Below, piece by piece: positions 54,100 through 64,000 of a DNA stretch of 64,000 bases (the first letter of the stretch is position 1; every line of letters starts with the position of its first letter). A program made the translations under genes and the position numbers. The notes beneath the pieces are model-generated. The model saw only the letters and a list, made by a program, of their open reading frames with translations, was not told the origin of the DNA and ran no database searches. The stretch is from Auanema rhodensis. Taxonomy: Eukaryota; Animalia; Nematoda. The DNA lies in NCBI GenBank assembly GCA_964057225.1, contig OZ059900.1, forward strand, positions 23,374,001 to 23,438,000, given 5' to 3'.

Positions 54100-57000
54100 C
54101 ATATGAACAAAAATCGATTTAATCAATATTAGCCATAAGGGGCGTGCCCTCAGAATATGCTAATTTCCCTAATTTTCTAACCCCTGTTTTTTTGTCGTGA
54201 AAGTGGAACTAGACGTTGTACGAACAATTTTGAGCTAGGTTTCATTGACATTGCATGAGTTTGAACACATGAAATCGTAAGTCAAAACCTTGTTTACAGC
54301 GAAATTTCCAAAAACTGGTTTTCCAGCCTAATAAAATATTTCTCATGGGAAATACTGTGTTTTTGTATTTTTCTAGTGTTCAGCATGTAAAATGCTTCAT
54401 TTTAGTATGTAACACGCTGAAATTCGTTGCATTTGACGACTCATATGAACAAAAATCGATTTAATCAATATTAGCCATAAGGGGCGTGCCCTCAGAATAT
54501 GCTAATTTCCTTAATTTTCTAACCCCTGTTTTTTTGTCGTGAAAGTGGAACTAGACGTTGTACGAACAATTTTGAGCTAGGTTTCATTGACATTGCATGA
54601 GTTTGAACACATGAAATCGTAAGTCAAAACCTTGTTTACAGCGAAATTTCCAAAAACTGGTTTTCCAGCATAATAAAATATTTCTCATGGGAAATACTGT
54701 GTTTTTGTATTTTTCTAGTGTTCAGCATGTAAAATGCTTCATTTTAGTATGTAACACGCTGAAATTCGTTGCATTTGACGACTCATATGAACAAAAATCG
54801 ATTTAATCAATATTAGCCATAAGGGGCGTGCCCTCAGAATATGCTAATTTCCTTAATTTTCTAACCCCTGTTTTTTTGTCGTGAAAGTGAAACTAGACGT
54901 TGTACGAACAATTTTGAGCTAGGTTTCATTGACATTGCATGAGTTTGAACACATGAAATCGTAAGTCAAAACCTTGTTTACAGCGAAATTTCCAAAAACT
55001 GGTTTTCCAGCATAATAAAATATTTCTCATGGGAAATACTGTGTTTTTGTACTTTTCTAGTGTTCAGCATGTAAAATGCTTCATTTTAGTATGTAACACG
55101 CTGAAATTCGTTGCATTTGACGACTCATATGAACAAAAATCGATTTAATCAATATTAGCCATAAGGGGCGTGCCCTCAGAATATGCTAATTTCCTTAATT
55201 TTCTAACCCCTGTTTTTTTTGTCGTGAAAGTGGAACTAGACGTTGTACGAACAATTTTGAGCTAGGTTTCATTGACATTGCATGAGTTTGAACACATGAA
55301 ATCGTAAGTCAAAACCTTGTTTACAGCGAAATTTCCAAAAACTGGTTTTCCAGCATAATAAAATATTTCTCGTGGGAAATACTGTGTTTTTGTATTTTTC
55401 TAGTGTTCAGCATGTAAAATGCTTCATTTTAGTATGTAACACGCTGAAATTCGTTGCATTTGACGACTCATATGAACAAAAATCGATTTAATCAATATTA
55501 GCCATAAGGGGCGTGCCCTCAGAATATGCTAATTTCCTTAATTTTCTAACCCCTGTTTTTTTGTCGTGAAAGTGGAACTAGACGTTGTACGAACAATTTT
55601 GAGCTAGGTTTCATTGACATTGCATGAGTTTGAACACATGAAATCGTAAGTCAAAACCTTGTTTACAGCGAAATTTCCAAAAACTGGTTTTCCAGCATAA
55701 TAAAATATTTCTCGTGGGAAATACTGTGTTTTTGTATTTTTCTAGTGTTCAGCATGTAAAATGCTTCATTTTAGTATGTAACACGCTGAAATTCGTTGCA
55801 TTTGACGACTCATATGAACAAAAATCGATTTAATCAATATTAGCCATAAGGGGCGTGCCCTCAGAATATGCTAATTTCCCTAATTTTCTAACCCCTGTTT
55901 TTTTGTCGTGAAAGTGGAACTAGACGTTGTACGAACAATTTTGAGCTAGGTTTCATTGACATTGCATGAGTTTGAACACATGAAATCGTAAGTCAAAACC
56001 TTGTTTACAGCGAAATTTCCAAAAACTGGTTTTCCAGCCTAATAAAATATTTCTCATGGGAAATACTGTGTTTTTGTATTTTTCTAGTGTTCAGCATGTA
56101 AAATGCTTCATTTTAGTATGTAACACGCTGAAATTCGTTGCATTTGACGACTCATATGAACAAAAATCGATTTAATCAATATTAGCCATAAGGGGCGTGC
56201 CCTCAGAATATGCTAATTTCCTTAATTTTCTAACCCCTGTTTTTTTGTCGTGAAAGTGGAACTAGACGTTGTACGAACAATTTTGAGCTAGGTTTCATTG
56301 ACATTGCATGAGTTTGAACACATGAAATCGTAAGTCAAAACCTTGTTTACAGCGAAATTTCCAAAAACTGGTTTTCCAGCATAATAAAATATTTCTCATG
56401 GGAAATACTGTGTTTTTGTATTTTTCTAGTGTTCAGCATGTAAAATGCTTCATTTTAGTATGTAACACGCTGAAATTCGTTGCATTTGACGACTCATATG
56501 AACAAAAATCGATTTAATCAATATTAGCCATAAGGGGCGTGCCCTCAGAATATGCTAATTTCCTTAATTTTCTAACCCCTGTTTTTTTGTCGTGAAAGTG
56601 GAACTAGACGTTGTACGAACAATTTTGAGCTAGGTTTCATTGACATTGCATGAGTTTGAACACATGAAATCGTAAGTCAAAACCTTGTTTACAGCGAAAT
56701 TTCCAAAAACTGGTTTTCCAGCATAATAAAATATTTCTCATGGGAAATACTGTGTTTTTGTACTTTTCTAGTGTTCAGCATGTAAAATGCTTCATTTTAG
56801 TATGTAACACGCTGAAATTCGTTGCATTTGACGACTCATATGAACAAAAATCGATTTAATCAATATTAGCCATAAGGGGCGTGCCCTCAGAATATGCTAA
56901 TTTCCTTAATTTTCTAACCCCTGTTTTTTTGTCGTGAAAGTGGAACTAGACGTTGTACGAACAATTTTGAGCTAGGTTTCATTGACATTGCATGAGTTTG

Positions 57001-57200
57001 AACACATGAAATCGTAAGTCAAAACCTTGTTTACAGCGAAATTTCCAAAAACTGGTTTTCCAGCATAATAAAATATTTCTCGTGGGAAATACTGTGTTTT
57101 TGTATTTTTCTAGTGTTCAGCATGTAAAATGCTTCATTTTAGTATGTAACACGCTGAAATTCGTTGCATTTGACGACTCATATGAACAAAAATCGATTTA
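54100..57200 (-). repeat. 5-mer block duplication (1711-bp period, includes one T8 monomer)
   Basis: Paired variants are at 54169/55880, 54328/56039 and 55052/56763; the T8 run is at 55213-55220. Confidence 0.85.
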
Positions 57201-58679
57201 ATCAATATTAGCCATAAGGGGCGTGCCCTCAGAATATGCTAATTTCCTTAATTTTCTAACCCCTGTTTTTTTGTCGTGAAAGTGGAACTAGACTTTGTAC
57301 GAACAATTTTGAGCTAGGTTTCATTTACATTGCATGAGTTTGAACACATGAAATCGTAAGTCAAAACCTTGTTTACAGCGAAATTTCCAAAAACTGGTTT
57401 TCCAGCATAATAAAATATTTCTCATGGGAAATACTGTGTTTTTGTATTTTTCTAGTGTTCAGCATGTAAAATGCTTCATTTTAGTATGTAACACGCTGAG
57501 ATTCGTTGCATTTGACGACTCATATGAACAAAAATCGATTTAATCAATATTAGCCATAAGGGGCGTGCCCTCAGAATATGCTAATTTCCTTAATTTTCTA
57601 ACCCCTGTTTTTTTGTCGTGAAAGTGGAACTAGACGTTGTACGAACAATTTTTAGCTAGGTTTCATTGACATTGCATGAGTTTGAACACATGAAATCGTA
57701 AGTCAAAACCTTGTTTACAGCGAAATTTCCAAAAACTGGTTTTCCAGCAGAATAAAATATTTCTCGTGGGAAATACTGTGTTTTTGTATTTTTCTAGTGT
57801 TCAGCATGTAAAATGCTTCATTTTAGTATGTAACACGCTGAAATTCGTTGCATTTGACGACTCATATGAACAAAAATCGATTTAATCAATATTAGCCATA
57901 AGGGGCGTGCCCTCAGAATATGCTAATTTCCTTAATTTTCTAACCCCTGTTTTTTTGTCGTGAAAGTGGAACTAGACGTTGTACGAACAATTTTTAGCTA
58001 GGTATCATTGACATTGCATGAGTTTGAACACATGAAATCGTAAGTCAAAACCTTGTTTACAGCGAAATTTCCAAAAACTGGTTTTCCAGCAGAATAAAAT
58101 ATTTCTCGTGGGAAATACTGTGTTTTTGTATTTTTCTAGTGTTCAGCATGTAAAATGCTTCATTTTAGTATGTAACACGCTGAAATTCGTTGCATTTGAC
58201 GACTCATATGAACAAAAATCGATTTAATCAATATTAGCCATAAGGGGCGTGCCCTCAGAATATGCTAATTTCCTTAATTTTCTAACCCCTGTTTTTTTGT
58301 CGTGAAAGTGGAACTAGACGTTGTACGAACAATTTTGAGCTAGGTTTCATTGACATTGCATGAGTTTGAACACATGAAATCGTAAGTCAAAACCTTGTTT
58401 ACAGCGAAATTTCCAAAAACTGGTTTTCCAGCATAATAAAATATTTCTCATGGGAAATACTGTGTTTTTGTATTTTTCTAGTGTTCAGCATGTAAAATGC
58501 TTCATTTTAGTATGTAACACGCTGAAATTCGTTGCATTTGACGACTCATATGAACAAAAATCGATTTAATCAATATTAGCCATAAGGGGCGTGCCCTCAG
58601 AATATGCTAATTTCCTTAATTTTCTAACCCCTGTTTTTTTGTCGTGAAAGTGGAACTAGACGTTGTACGAACAATTTTG

Positions 58680-61600
58680 AGCTAGGTTTCATTGACATTG
58701 CATGAGTTTGAACACATGAAATCGTAAGTCAAAACCTTGTTTACAGCGAAATTTCCAAAAACTGGTTTTCCAGCATAATAAAATATTTCTCATGGGAAAT
58801 ACTGTGTTTTTGTATTTTTCTAGTGTTCAGCATGTAAAATGCTTCATTTTAGTATGTAACACGCTGAAATTCGTTGCATTTGACGACTCATATGAACAAA
58901 AATCGATTTAATCAATATTAGCCATAAGGGGCGTGCCCTCAGAATATGCTAATTTCCTTAATTTTCTAACCCCTGTTTTTTTGTCGTGAAAGTGGAACTA
59001 GACGTTGTACGAACAATTTTGAGCTAGGTTTCATTGACATTGCATGAGTTTGAACACATGAAATCGTAAGTCAAAACCTTGTTTACAGCGAAATTTCCAA
59101 AAACTGGTTTTCCAGCATAATAAAATATTTCTCATGGGAAATACTGTGTTTTTGTATTTTTCTAGTGTTCAGCATGTAAAATGCTTCATTTTAGTATGTA
59201 ACACGCTGAAATTCGTTTGACGACTCATATGAACAAAAATCGATTTAATCAATATTAGCCATAAGGGGCGTGCCCTCAGAATATGCTAATTTCCTTAATT
59301 TTCTAACCCCTGTTTTTTTGTCGTGAAAGTGGAACTAGACGTTGTACGAACAATTTTTAGCTAGGTTTCATTGACATTGCATGAGTTTGAACACATGAAA
59401 TCGTAAGTCAAAACCTTGTTTACAGCGAAATTTCCAAAAACTGGTTTTCCAGCAGAATAAAATATTTCTCGTGGGAAATACTGTGTTTTTGTATTTTTCT
59501 AGTGTTCAGCATGTAAAATGCTTCATTTTAGTATGTAACACGCTGAAATTCGTTGCATTTGACGACTCATATGAACAAAAATCGATTTAATCAATATTAG
59601 CCATAAGGGGCGTGCCCTCAGAATATGCTAATTTCCTTAATTTTCTAACCCCTGTTTTTTTGTCGTGAAAGTGGAACTAGACGTTGTACGAACAATTTTG
59701 AGCTAGGTTTCATTGACATTGCATGAGTTTGAACACATGAAATCGTAAGTCAAAACCTTGTTTACAGCGAAATTTCCAAAAACTGGTTTTCCAGCATAAT
59801 AAAATATTTCTCATGGGAAATACTGTGTTTTTGTATTTTTCTAGTGTTCAGCATGTAAAATGCTTCATTTTAGTATGTAACACGCTGAAATTCGTTGCAT
59901 TTGACGACTCATATGAACAAAAATCGATTTAATCAATATTAGCCATAAGGGGCGTGCCCTCAGAATATGCTAATTTCCTTAATTTTCTAACCCCTGTTTT
60001 TTTGTCGTGAAAGTGGAACTAGACGTTGTACGAACAATTTTGAGCTAGGTTTCATTGACATTGCATGAGTTTGAACACATGAAATCGTAAGTCAAAACCT
60101 TGTTTACAGCGAAATTTCCAAAAACTGGTTTTCCAGCATAATAAAATATTTCTCATGGGAAATACTGTGTTTTTGTACTTTTCTAGTGTTCAGCATGTAA
60201 AATGCTTCATTTTAGTATGTAACACGCTGAAATTCGTTGCATTTGACGACTCATATGAACAAAAATCGATTTAATCAATATTAGCCATAAGGGGCGTGCC
60301 CTCAGAATATGCTAATTTCCTTAATTTTCTAACCCCTGTTTTTTTGTCGTGAAAGTGGAACTAGACTTTGTACGAACAATTTTGAGCTAGGTTTCATTTA
60401 CATTGCATGAGTTTGAACACATGAAATCGTAAGTCAAAACCTTGTTTACAGCGAAATTTCCAAAAACTGGTTTTCCAGCATAATAAAATATTTCTCATGG
60501 GAAATACTGTGTTTTTGTATTTTTCTAGTGTTCAGCATGTAAAATGCTTCATTTTAGTATGTAACACGCTGAAATTCGTTGCATTTGACGACTCATATGA
60601 ACAAAAATCGATTTAATCAATATTAGCCATAAGGGGCGTGCCCTCAGAATATGCTAATTTCCTTAATTTTCTAACCCCTGTTTTTTTGTCGTGAAAGTGG
60701 AACTAGACGTTGTACGAACAGTTTTGAGCTAGGTTTCATTGACATTGCATGAGTTTGAACACATGAAATCGTAAGTCAAAACCTTGTTTACAGCGAAATT
60801 TCCAAAAACTGGTTTTCCAGCATAATAAAATATTTCTCATGGGAAATACTGTGTTTTTGTATTTTTCTAGTGTTCAGCATGTAAAATGCTTCATTTTAGT
60901 ATGTAACACGCTGAAATTCGTTGCATTTGACGACTCATATGAACAAAAATCGATTTAATCAATATTAGCCATAAGGGGCGTGCCCTCAGAATATGCTAAT
61001 TTCCTTAATTTTCTAACCCCTGTTTTTTTGTCGTGAAAGTGGAACTAGACGTTGTACGAACAATTTTGAGCTAGGTTTCATTGACATTGCATGAGTTTGA
61101 ACACATGAAATCGTAAGTCAAAACCTTGTTTACAGCGAAATTTCCAAAAACTGGTTTTCCAGCATAATAAAATATTTCTCATGGGAAATACTGTGTTTTT
61201 GTATTTTTCTAGTGTTCAGCATGTAAAATGCTTCATTTTAGTATGTAACACGCTGAAATTCGTTTGACGACTCATATGAACAAAAATCGATTTAATCAAT
61301 ATTAGCCATAAGGGGCGTGCCCTCAGAATATGCTAATTTCCTTAATTTTCTAACCCCTGTTTTTTTGTCGTGAAAGTGGAACTAGACGTTGTACGAACAA
61401 TTTTTAGCTAGGTTTCATTGACATTGCATGAGTTTGAACACATGAAATCGTAAGTCAAAACCTTGTTTACAGCGAAATTTCCAAAAACTGGTTTTCCAGC
61501 AGAATAAAATATTTCTCGTGGGAAATACTGTGTTTTTGTATTTTTCTAGTGTTCAGCATGTAAAATGCTTCATTTTAGTATGTAACACGCTGAAATTCGT

Positions 61601-62780
61601 TGCATTTGACGACTCATATGAACAAAAATCGATTTAATCAATATTAGCCATAAGGGGCGTGCCCTCAGAATATGCTAATTTCCTTAATTTTCTAACCCCT
61701 GTTTTTTTGTCGTGAAAGTGGAACTAGACGTTGTACGAACAATTTTGAGCTAGGTTTCATTGACATTGCATGAGTTTGAACACATGAAATCGTAAGTCAA
61801 AACCTTGTTTACAGCGAAATTTCCAAAAACTGGTTTTCCAGCATAATAAAATATTTCTCATGGGAAATACTGTGTTTTTGTATTTTTCTAGTGTTCAGCA
61901 TGTAAAATGCTTCATTTTAGTATGTAACACGCTGAAATTCGTTGCATTTGACGACTCATATGAACAAAAATCGATTTAATCAATATTAGCCATAAGGGGC
62001 GTGCCCTCAGAATATGCTAATTTCCTTAATTTTCTAACCCCTGTTTTTTTGTCGTGAAAGTGGAACTAGACGTTGTACGAACAATTTTGAGCTAGGTTTC
62101 ATTGACATTGCATGAGTTTGAACACATGAAATCGTAAGTCAAAACCTTGTTTACAGCGAAATTTCCAAAAACTGGTTTTCCAGCATAATAAAATATTTCT
62201 CATGGGAAATACTGTGTTTTTGTACTTTTCTAGTGTTCAGCATGTAAAATGCTTCATTTTAGTATGTAACACGCTGAAATTCGTTGCATTTGACGACTCA
62301 TATGAACAAAAATCGATTTAATCAATATTAGCCATAAGGGGCGTGCCCTCAGAATATGCTAATTTCCTTAATTTTCTAACCCCTGTTTTTTTGTCGTGAA
62401 AGTGGAACTAGACTTTGTACGAACAATTTTGAGCTAGGTTTCATTTACATTGCATGAGTTTGAACACATGAAATCGTAAGTCAAAACCTTGTTTACAGCG
62501 AAATTTCCAAAAACTGGTTTTCCAGCATAATAAAATATTTCTCATGGGAAATACTGTGTTTTTGTATTTTTCTAGTGTTCAGCATGTAAAATGCTTCATT
62601 TTAGTATGTAACACGCTGAAATTCGTTGCATTTGACGACTCATATGAACAAAAATCGATTTAATCAATATTAGCCATAAGGGGCGTGCCCTCAGAATATG
62701 CTAATTTCCTTAATTTTCTAACCCCTGTTTTTTTGTCGTGAAAGTGGAACTAGACGTTGTACGAACAATTTTGAGCTAGG
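58680..62780 (-). repeat. 6-mer block duplication (2047-bp period) tagged by a 5-bp deletion
   Basis: ATTCGTTTGACG (consensus ATTCGTTGCATTTGACG) occurs at about 59214 and 61261. Linked variants are at 59455/61502 and 60367/62414, and 2047=6x342-5. Confidence 0.92.
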
Positions 62781-64000
62781 TTTCATTGACATTGCATGAG
62801 TTTGAACACATGAAATCGTAAGTCAAAACCTTGTTTACAGCGAAATTTCCAAAAACTGGTTTTCCAGCATAATAAAATATTTCTCGTGGGAAATACTGTG
62901 TTTTTGTATTTTTCTAGTGTTCAGCATGTAAAATGCTTCATTTTAGTATGTAACACGCTGAAATTCGTTGCATTTGACGACTCATATGAACAAAAATCGA
63001 TTTAATCAATATTAGCCATAAGGGGCGTGCCCTCAGAATATGCTAATTTCCTTAATTTTCTAACCCCTGTTTTTTTGTCGTGAAAGTGGAACTAGACTTT
63101 GTACGAACAATTTTGAGCTAGGTTTCATTTACATTGCATGAGTTTGAACACATGAAATCGTAAGTCAAAACCTTGTTTACAGCGAAATTTCCAAAAACTG
63201 GTTTTCCAGCATAATAAAATATTTCTCATGGGAAATACTGTGTTTTTGTATTTTTCTAGTGTTCAGCATGTAAAATGCTTCATTTTAGTATGTAACACGC
63301 TGAGATTCGTTGCATTTGACGACTCATATGAACAAAAATCGATTTAATCAATATTAGCCATAAGGGGCGTGCCCTCAGAATATGCTAATTTCCTTAATTT
63401 TCTAACCCCTGTTTTTTTGTCGTGAAAGTGGAACTAGACGTTGTACGAACAATTTTGAGCTAGGTTTCATTGACATTGCATGAGTTTGAACACATGAAAT
63501 CGTAAGTCAAAACCTTGTTTACAGCGAAATTTCCAAAAACTGGTTTTCCAGCATAATAAAATATTTCTCATGGGAAATACTGTGTTTTTGTATTTTTCTA
63601 GTGTTCAGCATGTAAAATGCTTCATTTTAGTATGTAACACGCTGAGATTCGTTGCATTTGACGACTCATATGAACAAAAATCGATTTAATCAATATTAGC
63701 CATAAGGGGCGTGCCCTCAGAATATGCTAATTTCCTTAATTTTCTAACCCCTGTTTTTTTGTCGTGAAAGTGGAACTAGACGTTGTACGAACAATTTTGA
63801 GCTAGGTTTCATTGACATTGCATGAGTTTGAACACATGAAATCGTAAGTCAAAACCTTGTTTACAGCGAAATTTCCAAAAACTGGTTTTCCAGCATAATA
63901 AAATATTTCTCATGGGAAATACTGTGTTTTTGTATTTTTCTAGTGTTCAGCATGTAAAATGCTTCATTTTAGTATGTAACACGCTGAAATTCGTTGCATT

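Larger units (their letters stand above)
25378..64000 (-). repeat. Same 342-bp satellite in reverse-complement orientation (about 113 monomers)
   Basis: The unit AGGTTTCATTGAC...CAATTTTGAGCT, the reverse complement of the left monomer, restarts at 25477, 25819, 26161, 26519 and so on, and continues past the right edge of the window. Confidence 0.99.

Noticed and set aside
1-64000. Repetitive protein-coding ORF (342 is a multiple of 3)
   Set aside because: Manual translation shows stop codons in all three forward and all three reverse frames of the consensus monomer, so no ORF can run through the repeats.
1-64000. CRISPR array or other repeat-spacer system
   Set aside because: There are no unique spacers: the entire 342-bp unit repeats, and no cas or other genes are present.

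Overview
The whole 64-kb window is one AT-rich (about 34% GC by hand count) tandem satellite array with a 342-bp consensus monomer and about 187 copies, most of them within a few substitutions of consensus. It looks like eukaryotic (peri)centromeric or heterochromatic satellite DNA; I cannot name the family or species. I found no genes, RNA genes, transposons or CRISPR arrays, and all six reading frames of the monomer contain stop codons. The main structural feature is a single strand switch at 25378-25379: 74 monomers run in one orientation (1-25379) and about 113 run in the opposite orientation (25378-64000), forming a giant inverted repeat. Private SNPs show that the first ~0.7 kb of the right arm is a reverse-complement copy of 24326-25076. 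This fits a fold-back or template switch with a ~300-nt loop and a 2-bp AG/CT microhomology. A 16-bp tandem duplication breaks at the same GGGGTTA site of the monomer. SNP and indel markers also reveal a patchwork of young, local higher-order repeats (3-, 4-, 5-, 6-, 7- and 8-mers) and arm-specific variant domains.
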